DNA from: Octopus sinensis
Taxonomy: Eukaryota
DNA: 64,000 nt
Assembly (NCBI RefSeq): GCF_006345805.1
Contig: NC_043003.1
Coordinates: forward strand, 67,704,001 to 67,768,000
Reading direction: 5' to 3'
The notes beneath the pieces were generated by a model that saw only the letters and a program-made list of their open reading frames with translations, was not told where the DNA came from and searched no databases. A program made the position numbers and the translations under genes. Below, in pieces: positions 12,361 through 24,398 of this stretch. The first letter of the stretch is position 1. Each line of letters starts with the position of its first letter.

Positions 12361-12902
12361 TCGCTATTACTATACCGAGAGTGCTTCGCAAAACCTGTAC
12401 AAATTTGAAAAAAGTCCTCTCCTATGTAACTACAATTTGTTTGTTACAGAATCCATATTCTATTTTGTTCAATTTTGTCTTACACTCTTCAAAAATCTCT
12501 AAAAACTGTATTGATGAAACAATGTAGCAGATTTGTACGACTCTATTTTCCTTCATAATGCGCATTTTACCTCTGGCTGACCTGCAGAATAATGGCTTTA
12601 ATGACATTCTCATGTGTACCTTTATCTTCTCCATGCAAATGCTGACGCAAAATATAGCACAGTTATATATTATAATCGATTTAACGAAATTTTCTCTCCC
12701 TCCAACTTTCTCGTCACGTGATACATATTAAAAAAAATAGTATTACTTGTTTAATTGTCATAGTTGTAAATTACGTCAGACAGATACTCTGAGATGCGTC
12801 GCCAGTGAAGTTCCTGAGATTTTACGTGCTTTCGGGCCTTTGGTATCAGTTTCTCGCTGAGTTGACTCAACTTCGATTGATAAAGTCGCAACTAGCATCC
12901 CA

Positions 12903-13036
12903 ATGGCGACAGACCTCAGACATAGTAAGCTTCTCAAATTTCATCAAATGGGTCACCGCATGGAAACTGGCAATAGAAAGAAGGTACACACTGAGGAAAC
13001 TCATGAGAGTAAACTAGTTAGATACCATTGCACCAG
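12903..13036 (+). CDS. Candidate first coding exon, product unknown
   Basis: ATG at 12903, open frame MATDLRHSKLLKFHQMGHRMETGNRKKVHTEETHESKLVRYHCT, strong donor AG|gtgagc at 13037. Non-repetitive and GC-richer than the flanks. Confidence 0.3.
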
Positions 13037-14279
13037 GTGAGCTGGCAGTCACATTGACGGAGACAATTTAAGTGCATTTTGTGTGTCAAAGTTCTGACTC
13101 TGCTTAGAGTTCTAGTGCAACAAAAAGAATGAGTACTAAATTCCACCATTTAAGCTGCTGATAAGGCCGCATACTGATTTATTATCGAAATTCAGATAAC
13201 AGCATATAAATTCATATATTACAGAAAATCTCTTCTATCTTGTGTTGAGTAAGTCATTTGACATCTAATGGAAAATTAACACCTGATTCTGCATTAGATT
13301 AATGACTATTTTAAATTATTTGTCTTTAGCATTGATATTTAAACACGTTTATGTGTATAGAAAATCATGTGCCTCTTTTGATGTATGCGTATATGTATGT
13401 ACGCATGCCATTAGTTGTGTGCGCGAGTGTTAATGTAATGTAGATGTGTGAGGTTTTGCTTGTCTCTGTATCACTTCACACGAATAAGATACTGCTCGTT
13501 GATTGTATCCACATACTATAAACTTGAAACAGATTACATCGGAAATAGTTTTCCAGTTTGCGTTTGTTTGGGAAACAATTCTGTGTATTTTGAATATGAT
13601 TCTAATTAGAATTTCGTGTTTATCTTCTGTTTTATCGATTTACAATGAATAAAAATGACAAGTACAAATGATGAGAAAAAACAAATCGCAGTATGAATAA
13701 ATAGATAATGAAAAGCGGCGAATAAAATTGTTATCTCTGCGAAGTTGTTTAGGACGTGACGTATAAACAAAAGATTTTGAAACTGATAAGGATGATCCGT
13801 GATTATTTACCTCTTCTTTGCTCAAAATAAATAAAATAAATAAAAAAAGAAAAACAGAAAAGTAAAGAAAGAAGAAACAATAAACAAATAACCGAGATGA
13901 AGAGACGCTATACGTGTGCTTATGAGTGATTTTTCCATGATGTTCAGAGAAAATTAAAGAGAGTGTCGGCTCGTGTGAGTGTTGTAGACATATGAATGCA
14001 GGCAATTCACTCCAAAACCACAAACACACGCATACACGTTAATATTCTTTTATTTTATGGCCTGTTCTAGTCATTGGATTGCGGCCATCTTGGGGCATCG
14101 CCTTAGGAAGAAATCGATATCAGTACATTTTATTATGTAGCTTATACTACCGACATCTTTTGAGAAAGGGCTAATTTACGGGGGCATTAACAGGCAAACG
14201 CCGTTTGTGAAGGGAGCAATTAATACAACGAAATATTACTCTAACACAAAGGTTCACACAATCAGAAATCCGACCCTTC

Positions 14280-14285
<6 letters not shown>

Positions 14286-14318
<33 letters not shown>

Positions 14319-14353
14319 GCTCTCTCTCTCTCTCTTCTATATATATATATCTA

Positions 14354-14400
<47 letters not shown>

Positions 14401-14602
14401 TTATAAGATGTATGTATCTATATATGTATGTATATATGTATGTATCTATATATGTACTATATGTATATATTATATATATATATCTATATATATAATATAT
14501 ATATATATGATATATATGTATGTATATTTTATGTAATATATGTGTGTATATATATGTATCTATCTATGTATGTATATTAGTATGTATCTAATATGTATAT
14601 AT

Positions 14603-14634
<32 letters not shown>

Positions 14635-14640
14635 AATATA
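14286..14640. repeat. Compound microsatellite (CT)n-(TA)n-(TATG)n
   Basis: Directly visible. Confidence 0.95.
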
Positions 14641-14866
14641 AATGTCTTACAGCTTCTTCCGAGATATTTTATACCCTTTTGTTATCTCTGTATGTACCCA
14701 ATGCATTCAAATCAAATCAAAGTTCAAGTAATACTCTGAGATGCCAGGAGTGTCGACATGTCAATTTTGGGGATTGAAACAATGCAACATTGACAATGAT
14801 TCCGTATGACGTCTCAATACTCGAATAATAAAAGTGAAACCTTCGACGGTGTAACAGATATAAACA

Positions 14867-14975
14867 GTCTCACTTTTAATAGCTTCACTTTTAATCGTTT
14901 CGCTTTTACTACATTTACTTATAATAGTTTCACTTTTAATAGTTTAAATTTAATTTTCAGTTTTAATGCTTTCAC
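14867..14975. repeat. Degenerate ~15-bp minisatellite (ttcacttttaatagt-like, about 7 units)
   Basis: Repeated cacttttaatag / cacttttaatcg / cagttttaatgc units. Confidence 0.75.
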
Positions 14976-15025
14976 TATACATGTGTGTGTGTGTGTATAT
15001 GTATGTATATATAGCTATATATATA

Positions 15026-15060
<35 letters not shown>

Positions 15061-15246
15061 TTACATGTATGTATATATGTGTATATATATTTATGTATAT
15101 ATATATATGTATATGTAAATGTGTATCTATGTCTATATATGTACATATATAATATATGTATATAATCAATAAATATCTACATATCTATATACATATATAT
15201 ATGTGTGTGTATATACATATTTATATGTATATATATATATATGTGC

Positions 15247-15281
<35 letters not shown>

Positions 15282-15294
15282 TATATATATATGC

Positions 15295-15334
<40 letters not shown>

Positions 15335-15399
15335 TATATATATATATACATGTGTGTCTGTCAGTGTGTTTGATAATTAATGGCGCTGTGTTTATGATT

Positions 15400-15525
15400 T
15401 CGTTCCCAGCGATGCGGAAAAAGACATGGATAGAATAAGTATTAGGCTTACAAAGAGTGAATCCTGGAGTCGACTAAAGGCGGTGCTCCAGCATGACCGC
15501 AATTATGACTGAAAGAATTTAAACA
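15400..15525 (+). mobile_element. SINE family B 3' part
   Basis: gatagaataagtattaggcttacaaaga..tcctggagtcgactaaaggcggtgctccagcatgaccgc...gactgaaa. Confidence 0.8.
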
Positions 15526-15620
15526 ATAAAAATCTATCCCGTGTAAATCCCAAGCAAAACTAGATATCGGTTACTACAATAATAAAATTGAAACATTCGA
15601 CGGTGCAGCATATATATATG

Positions 15621-16552
15621 TAACGGGAAGCTTTATGAAAATAAACAAGACGAAGGCAGGTGGAAAACAAACGAACAATTGTATTAGTATGGCGCTCAGG
15701 AAAAATAAATAACCAGTCTTTAACGTTTCGAGCCTACGCTCTTCAACAGAAAGATACACAGAGAGAGAAAACACAGAAAGAAGGAGAGAAAAAAATGCGT
15801 GCAGATAGCTAACGAATCAACATGGCGATCTGATTTCGGCCAGAGGTCAAAGATCAAACATGAGACGCGAGTGCGAATAAGGGGAGATAAAGGGTTGATA
15901 AATGGGTTGAGGGACCAGCTAAAAGTGCGTGGGAGGGGTCTGGATGTGTGTATGTTAGGGTTGGTGTATGTATTAGTATGTATAAGGGTGTGGTGTGTGT
16001 GTGTGTGTTTATGAGAGAGTATTAGTGCGTAAGATTGGTCTGGACGTGCGTATATGTTTGGTTGGTGTATGTATTAGTATGTATTAGTACGTATTGGTAT
16101 GTATAGGTGTGTGTGTGTGTGAGAGAGTATAAGTGCGTATGCGGGGTCTGGACGTGTGTATGTATAGGGTTGGTGTAAGTATTAGTATGTACTAGTATGT
16201 ATTAGTACGTATTATTATGTATTAGTTGGTGTGTATATTAGTATGGCACATCATAATGTGATGTGGGTGTAAATCATGTGGTGTAGTGAGAAGAGGGGGA
16301 GGGGAGAAGAGGGGGAGGGGGGAGAAGAGGGGGAGGAGAAGGGGGGAGAAGTGGGAGCAGAGGGGGAGAAGGGGGAAGAGGAGATGATGGGAGAAGGAAG
16401 GGGAGGAGGGGGATGAAGGAGGAAAGAGGGAGAGGGGGAGAGAGAAGGGGAGAGAGGGAGTGAAGGGAGCAGAGGGAAGGGGAAGAGGGAGGGAGAAGAG
16501 GGAAGAAGGGAAGGGGAGTAGGGGTGTAGGGTGAAAGGATAAGGACTGAAGA
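15621..16552 (-). repeat. 3' pseudo-LTR of the Penelope-like element
   Basis: Colinear with 20084-20985 from taacgggaagctt to aaggactgaaga. Differences are mostly indels in simple repeats. Confidence 0.92.
15717..15754 (-). ncRNA. Minimal type I hammerhead ribozyme (CUGUUGA core variant)
   Basis: Minus strand reads UCUUU-CUGUUGA-A-GAGC-GUAG-GCUC-GAAAC-GUU^AAAGA: 5-bp stem I, 4-bp stem II, palindromic ACGU stem III. Confidence 0.8.
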
Positions 16553-16599
16553 AGTAGGGGTCGGGGGGAGAAAGGATGGTAGGAGAGGGAGAGGGGGGT

Positions 16600-19420
16600 T
16601 AGATGAGAGGGGGGAGAGTTTGAGACAATGGGCGTATAAGAGCGAAGAGAGAAGATTAATTCCTGTTCACGGCGCAAACGGGAATCCGGATGGCCTCTGT
16701 GTAAGGACAAACCGAACACAGATAGGTGTTGCAAGGAGTGACCGGTGGAGCGGAAATGGCGTGAGACCGGTGTGTCGTTCGCAAGGTGGATGTCACGAAG
16801 GTTTTCCTCGAACCGGTCAGGCAAGCGGCGTCCCGTTTGTCCGATGTACAAGGAATTGCAGAGAGAGCAAGAGATGCAATAGATAATATTGCTGGAGTTG
16901 CAGTGAAGGAAACGATGATGGATAGGGTCGATGGTGGGTGCTAGTGAGGCGGGTGGTGTTGGAGAGGTGGCAAGTGCGGCAACGTTGGCGGGAGCAGGGA
17001 ACGAGCCGGGTTGGAGGTAGGTCAGGGAAGGAGCTATGGCCCAAAGGTCTCGAAGGTTGTGGGCTCGTTTGAAAGAGGGGAGGGGTCGGTTAGGGAAAGA
17101 GTGTGAAGTGACGGGTCGGACTGGAGATGACGGAAAAGCTCGAAGAATGGTGCGTTGGAGACGTAGGGTCGTGGGGTGGTAAGTGAGGGGAAAATGGTGG
17201 CGGGAGACTACATACAGGGCGGTTCGGGGAGAGAGAGCAGATACACGTCCACGGACCGTGCTCTGGCAAGGGCGGTGTGGATAGTGGTGAGGGGGTATCC
17301 ACGTAGGGTGGGAAGTGGTGAGCCATACGTTGAGACTGAGTCTCAAAGTCATGGTCGTCACTACAGAGCCTACGTAGACGGAGGAATTGGGAATAGGGGG
17401 ATGGAAAGCTTGGTGTGTTCTGGGTGGGAGGAAGAGAGTTGAGGTATGAGTGTGAGTCCTGTGTGTTTGTAGTGAATGGAGGTGGTAAAGTGGAGTGAAA
17501 ATGCTACCGAAATGTCGAGGAAGGAGACAGAGGTGTTTGAGATAGTGGAAGTGAAGTGGAGGGCTGGATGGAAAGATTGGACGAAAGAGAGGAAGGAATC
17601 TAGATGTTCGCGGGAGAGTGAGGGGTGGCACCGATATGTCGTCATATATAACGACCATATAGTTCAGGAGTGGACCATGAAATTAGAGATATTTGGCCTC
17701 AACATAGCCAACGAACAGGTTTCGCATAGTTGGGGGCCCATTCGCGTTCCCATGGCCACTCCCGAGAACTGTTGGTAGAACTCGCCCGCGAACGAGAAGC
17801 AGTTCAGAGTAGGACAAGTTCGGCCAGACGAATGAGTGTGAGGTGTCAGGTACAGGGTTAGAGCGGAGGTCAAGAAAGTGTCGAAGGGCCTGCAGTCCTT
17901 CGTGGTGAGGGATAACAGTATAGAGGCTTTGGATGTCCATAGTAAAAAGGATTTTGGAGGAGCCGGGAGGAAGGAGAAAGAGTTGAAAGCCGGAGAGCAT
18001 GGTTTGTATCGGGGATGTGGGAGGGAAAGAGATGCCACTAGGGGGGCACGGACACGGTCGAGTATTTAGAGATGAGCTCCGTGGGGCAGTTACAGGCGGA
18101 GACGATGGGGCGCCAGGGTTGTTGGTTTTGTGGATTTTGGGGAGGAAGTAAATGGTGGGGGTACGTGGGTTTCGCACAATTAGGTTGGATGCGGTGCGGG
18201 GGAGACGGGAGGACGAGATGAGGTCTTGGACAGTAGAGGATACCGTCTGTTGGTAGCTCGTGTGGGGTTAGAGGGCAGAGTGGAATAGAAGGAGGTGTCA
18301 TTGAGTTGGCGGAAAGCCTCGGCCCTATAGAGGTCCGCGCGCCACACCACTACAGCTCCACCCTTGTCAGCCGGTTTGATGATATGTCAGCGCGCCGTTG
18401 GAGGGAACGAAGAGCCAAGAGCTCAGCCGGGAGATGTTGAGGCGGCGTTGGCGCCTGGAGAAGTTGACCGCTCCAATGCACGCTGACAAGCGCCCGCGAA
18501 AAGATCCCTCTGCTAGATCTGGCCAGGGCAGGCGTCCCCACGGGGATGGTCGGCGGCCAGGCCAGTGAAGCAGTCGTCTCTTCGTGGTGTGTGGGTGGCG
18601 ATTCGTGTAATGCGCACCCCACCGACACGGCGCACAAAGCTGTGGACATCAACTCGCGTCTGGAATTCCTTACAGGATGGAGTGAGGGGGATGAAACGCA
18701 GACCCCTACCAAGGACGGAGCGTTCAGCCCAGAGAGGGAAGATCGGGGGGAATGGTAACAACAGACTGAAGTGGAGAAGGGGTGGGTGGAATAGAAGTAG
18801 GAGGGGTGGTAGGTCTCGTGGAGGTCTGAGGGGGAGGGATGGGGAGGTGTGTGGGGTGGTTGGGCGGGGCAGTAGGGTTAGGTGTAGGTGGATGGAGCCT
18901 AACGGAGGGGAGAAGGGTTTAGTGGAGGGGCGGTGGGTTAGGTGTGGGTGGATGGAGCCTATCGGGAGGGGAGAAGGGTGGTGGAGGAGTTGGGGTAGTG
19001 GCGTCGGGTAGGGTGGAATGGAAGAGTGATTGGAGTTTTACGAAGTTTGGTATCAGAAAGAAATTGATGGAAGAGTTGATTCAAATGGATATGAAGCGTA
19101 GCGTGTTTGGAGCATAGAGAGGCGGCAGCGAGGAGAAGAAGGTGGAGAAAGCCGGAGGAAGAAGGCGGTTGATGGCATGTAGTTTGGAGAGATTGGAGCG
19201 AATGGTGGTCCGCATAATGCGGTAGAGATGGGTGCGGAGTATGGGTAGATGGAAGAATCCGAGTGGAGAGCAGGGTGGAAGTGGAGGCGGAAACCTTTAG
19301 GGGATGATCGGTGATGTAGGCACGGCTTAGGAAAGAGACATGGCTAGAGAAGCGGGTTTTTTTTTAAAAAGAAGTAGAGAGATATTAACGACGGTTGAAG
19401 GCAATATACAGGAAGAAAAC
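16600..19420 (-). pseudogene. Penelope-type RT plus GIY-YIG endonuclease ORF, multiply frameshifted
   Basis: Across frames: HVSFLSR-C..SPKGFRLHF (N-terminus), PTIYFLPKIHK, RPIVSACNCPTE, MDIQSLYTVIPH, FSGVAMGTRMGP, a RY/YDD region near 17640, SVSFLDISV, a PCSRQRCRTC linker, and NIIYCISCSLCNSLYIGQTGRRL..RF...SRHF (GIY-YIG). Confidence 0.9.
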
Positions 19421-20083
19421 GTAGATGATCCTTCAAACGGTGATGGAGGGTGAGGGAGGTAGGACCTAGGATCCGGCATGATGGGATAGCGAAAAAAAAA
19501 ACGTTCGAAAAACAAAAAAAACAAAAAACAAAAATTATCGTGTGAAAAAAATAGAAAAAAAGGATAGCGAAAAAAGGGGAAACAAACGTTCAAAAAACAA
19601 AAATAATAATCGTATGAAAAAACTAGATAAGTAAGCGATAGGGGCAGAAAAGACGGGGCAAACGGAAAAGGGAAAGAAGGGAAGTCAGAGAGAGGGGAGG
19701 CAAAATGAGGGGTGTGCAGGCAGAGGAAACGAGTAATGACCTCCAGAGAGGGAAGAAAGACGGAAAGGAGAACAAAAATTCAGGAAAATGTGGGAAGCAT
19801 GAAATGAATGTAAAAAAAGTGTAATATAAGAGAAAATAAAAATACAACAAACGGTACAGTTTAATGCGAACAGTTCAAGGTTGAAAGTTCAAGGTGAGAA
19901 ATTGTAGACAGGGCCGTGTATATTTTTTAAGGATTTCACATCAATGCAAGTCACTTTGATCCGCGAAAGGAGGTGCAGCCAATGGTAAGTATCCAAGAGG
20001 TAAGAAAATCCAAGGTAGAGGTAAGTGTTGATAGTGGTATTGGTAGAATATAGGATGAAGTGAGACCCGTGAGCGCAAATATA

Positions 20084-20985
20084 TAACGGGAAGCTTTTAT
20101 GAAAATCAACAAAAGACGAAGGCAGGTGGAAAACAAACGAACAATTGTATTAGTATGGCGCTCAGGAAATAAATAAAAACAAGTCTTTAACGTTTCGAGC
20201 CTACGCTCTTCAACAGAAAGATACACAGAGAGAGAAAAACACAGAAAGAAGGAGAGACAAAAATGCGTGCAGTAGCTAACGAATCAACATGGCGATCTGA
20301 TTTCGGCCAGAGGTCAAAGATCAAACATGAGACGCGAGAGCGAATAAGGGGAGATAATAGGGTTGATAAATGGGTTGAGGGACCAGCTTAAAAGTGCGTG
20401 GGAGGGGTCTGGATGTGTGTATGTATAGGGTTGGTGTATGTATTAGTATGTATAAGGGGTGTGTGTGTGTGTGTGTGTGTGTTTGAGAGAGTATTAGTGC
20501 GTAAGATTGGTCTGGACGTGCGTATGTATGGGGTTGGTGTATGTATTAGTATGTATTAGTATGTTTAGTACGTATTGGTATGTATAGGTGTGTGTGTGTG
20601 TGTGAGAGAGAGTATAGTGCGTATGCGGGGTCTGGACGTGGTGGCATGTATAGGGTTGGTGTAAGTATTAGTATGTCCTAGTATGTATTAGTACTATTAG
20701 TATGTATTAGTTGGTGTGTGTATTCGTATGGCACATCATATGTGATGTGATGTGTAAAGTCATGTGGTGTAGTAAGGAGAAGAGGGGGAAAGGGGAGAAG
20801 AGGGGGAAAGGGGGAGAGGAGGGGAAGGAAGGGGAGGAGGGGGATGAAGGAGGAAAGAGGGAGAGGGGGAGAGAGAAGGGGAGAGAGGGAGTGAGGGAGC
20901 AGAGGGAAGGGGAAGAGGGAGGGAGAAAGAGGGAAGAAGGGAAGGGGAGTAGGGGTGTAGGGGTGAAAGGATGAAGGACTGAAGA
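20084..20985 (-). repeat. 5' pseudo-LTR of the Penelope-like element
   Basis: Direct repeat of 15621-16552. Confidence 0.92.
20184..20221 (-). ncRNA. Minimal type I hammerhead ribozyme, second copy
   Basis: Sequence identical to 15717-15754. Confidence 0.8.
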
Positions 20986-22028
20986 TATATATATATATAT
21001 ATACATACACCTGCACAACGTGAGAAAGCGTACACTGGAGACTTTCAGATATTGAATATTTAATTCTAATTACATAGATATTCATATTAATAGATCCAAC
21101 TTATACAGACTGCAAGTGACAGGGAAATTTAAATGGATGATAGATAGGTGTTATATGTCCAGCCACTGAGATCCATCCATAATGTTAAATGTAGTTCAAA
21201 ACCATATGTCGTTGTAATGGAAGCATTTGACATGAGATACGACGAGCCTCCGTTATTAGGGTAGAAAAGATCTAAAATTTCAGATGTTAATGCAAAAAAG
21301 CTCCATCTTTGAAACACCAATTGAGATTTAATTCTTAGTTCATTAGTTAAATTTTATTTGAGTTACACTGACGACAAAATTTTTTTTTAAATGTGTCCCT
21401 GGAAACCATTCGTTTCTTCAAGCCTAAAACCTAACTGAAAGTGCAAATTAAAATATATTTCAGCTTTTAAACACTCCGAGTGGCGCCGGGCTTTCAGTAA
21501 CATTTGATTGCAAAATTACAAACAGGCTATAAATCTGATCTTGTCAATGAAGTCATTAAATGCCTACAAAACTAATTGCACTGTGTGATTCTGAAAGAAA
21601 AAAACTAACATTTTTAATTACAATCGAAGCATAATTAAATTTACCCAAGAGAATCTGCTGAAATACATCCACCCATCCGTACATACATGAACATACATAA
21701 ATACACACATACCCACACAGATACATACATACATACATATGCGTTTGTGTGTGTGTGTTTGTGTGCACACATACCCCTGTGCGCCTGTATGTGTGTGTAT
21801 GTGTAAGCATATGTGTGTATATTTGTAAATATACATACACACGCACACATACACACACACGAATATATTTTCTAAGCAACTGAAGCAGAAATGAACGAAA
21901 TATACACCTGTGTACATTGCTTAATCTATATACATGGTACGTCTTTAGAAATCCTATATATATACATAGGTACGCATGCATGTATGTGTGTATATGTATG
22001 TGTGTGTGTATATATATATATATACACA

Positions 22029-22245
22029 CCCCGGCAGAAACTAAGGCTGCAATTTAAGGACTGTTTCAAGTTCACACTAACAGCCTGTGGTACGCAGGAG
22101 ACCGATTCGTACAGCAATGCCTCTCATCGCTACATGTGGATGACACAGGTTAAGGAGGGGTCAACAACTTTGAGAGAGCATGTATTCTGCATGATCTATC
22201 TAAGCGTGCTGCTCGAAAGCGCACTCATTTCATAGTGAATCGGGA
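22029..22245 (+). mobile_element. RTE-clade LINE C-terminal fragment
   Basis: PRQKLRLQFKDCFKFTLTACG...ASHRYMWMTQVKEG...KRAARK resembles the RTE-BovB-type ORF tail, as in 34231-35036. Confidence 0.65.
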
Positions 22246-22255
22246 AATCTTGTAT

Positions 22256-22342
<87 letters not shown>

Positions 22343-22893
22343 ACATATATACATATATATGCACATATATATGTAAAGATAGATAGATAAGTAGATAGAT
22401 AAAAAAATGTATACTCATACATACGTATTAAACTGTTGAGAAATCTCAGTTACTCTATCCAGATTACAAGTTCACCAGGTTTATACTTGAGATATGTAAT
22501 ACACTACCTACATACTAATTAGGCTTCTTAGAACGAGAATGAAGAAAGTTAATTCGGCGACTACAAATCCAATACATCACTGTAAGTTTTAAAATCTGTT
22601 AAATTTTCCACAAGTTTATCAATTAAATATATATGAGCCTGATTAGATATGCCACTATATGAAGGAGAATACATACATAAAACAAAACATGCAAATCTGC
22701 ACATATACATAAATACAAACATAAATACACTGATGTTGATGTTGAAATTCCATTGAAGGAGTCTTTGATCTGTGTTAGAAACAGGTACTTTCTCTATTGG
22801 CAAGAAATCTTATAAAAAACTCAACAATGACATATAACATGCATACATACATACAAACATACAAACATTCAAACATACAAACATACATACATA

Positions 22894-22924
<31 letters not shown>

Positions 22925-23399
22925 GACATACATACATACATACATATATAGACATACATACATACATACATATATAGACATACATACATGCATGCATTCA
23001 TACATACATATAAAAGAAAGAAAATATTCCTCCACACGGATAAAAATATAGAAAACTTTTGAAAATACACTAAGAATTTACAATGTTTTATGATTTTCAA
23101 AACTACACTGAGCTCGGAAGACGGGGAACTATGCTGCCAAGTGTCTTACCTCTGTTTCCCATCGGATGTAAGTCACTTGCGGCATAGCCCCAGGTCTTTC
23201 TATATCACTTCAGTTTTGAATGGAAAGTCTGTGAAACCAATTGAAATAAACCATCTAAACTAATCGCATCGCATTTTCAGTTTCCTTTTTCTATTCATAT
23301 GGCTGCACACACCCAGATATAAATATAAATACATATATATATATATACATACACATTTTACATATACATATATATATAGCGGCGCCCTTACCCTTTTGG

Positions 23400-23431
<32 letters not shown>

Positions 23432-23432
23432 T

Positions 23433-24215
23433 AATGAGGGTGAAAAATTTGATATTAATTTAATAATACCATCAATTTAACACCAAGTGGCTTAGCACAT
23501 AAAACTAGGGAGATAATACAAATTTATACATAAATTATAAGAGAGTTACCACTATGTGGATAGCTCCAGTGCTAAAAATAGCTCCGTTACTAGTATAGCC
23601 ACACAAAGATGTTTCCAAGAAGAAATAAGATTACAATAACATTTAACGGAAGGAAAGTGAAATATAACGAAAAAATAGATTGACCCTGAACAATTGTTTC
23701 ATTACTAATGTAATATGTAATTTTACTTACATACACATCTAGTTTTATGTGCTAAGCCACTTGGTGTTAAATTGATGGTATTATTAAATTAATATCAAAT
23801 TTTTCACCCTCATTTATAAATTTATAAATTTAATTATACTGCAGTAAATATTTGATGCAGTATTCGTTTCATATGAATCTTAGCATGCTTTTGGAGGGGA
23901 ATTTGAGGCATAACTACAAATGCAATCGATTAAACCGCACGTGTATTTGACGCTCGTGAGGGTCTAATAAATTGTATTTAAGACAAACCTCTGCCGATGA
24001 TTTATAGATGTCTATGTAAGTAAAATTACATAATACATTAGTAATGAAACAATTGTTCAGAGTCAATCTATTTTTTCGTTATATTTCACTTTCCTTCCGT
24101 TAAATGTTATTGTAATGTTATTTCTTCTTGGAAACATCTTTCTGTGGCTATACTAGTAACGGAGCTATTTTTAGCACTAGAGCTATCCACATAGTGGTAA
24201 CTCTCTTATAATTTA
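23433..24215. repeat. Interleaved double inverted repeat (A-B-A'-C-B')
   Basis: A at 23433-23508 is the reverse complement of 23739-23814 (76 bp). B at 23531-23741 is the reverse complement of 24005-24215 (~211 bp, a few mismatches). (TA)n on both sides. Confidence 0.9.
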
Positions 24216-24219
24216 TTAT

Positions 24220-24266
<47 letters not shown>

Positions 24267-24363
24267 TATATATACGGGTTTGTATTTATATATGTATATA
24301 TATATATATATTATATATATATATAGGTTTGTATTTATATATATATATATATATATGGGTTTG

Positions 24364-24398
<35 letters not shown>

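Larger units (their letters stand above)
15621..20985 (-). mobile_element. Penelope-like retroelement (Neptune-like), apparently full length, with direct terminal repeats
   Basis: RT and GIY-YIG motifs on the minus strand. Near-identical direct repeats at 15621-16552 and 20084-20985, a hammerhead motif in each repeat, and (TA)n on both flanks. Confidence 0.93.

Noticed and set aside
16222-17658. 478-aa ORF as a stand-alone gene
   Set aside because: It is one frame segment of the frameshifted Penelope ORF; only the GIY-YIG part is in the true frame and the end runs into the low-complexity repeat.
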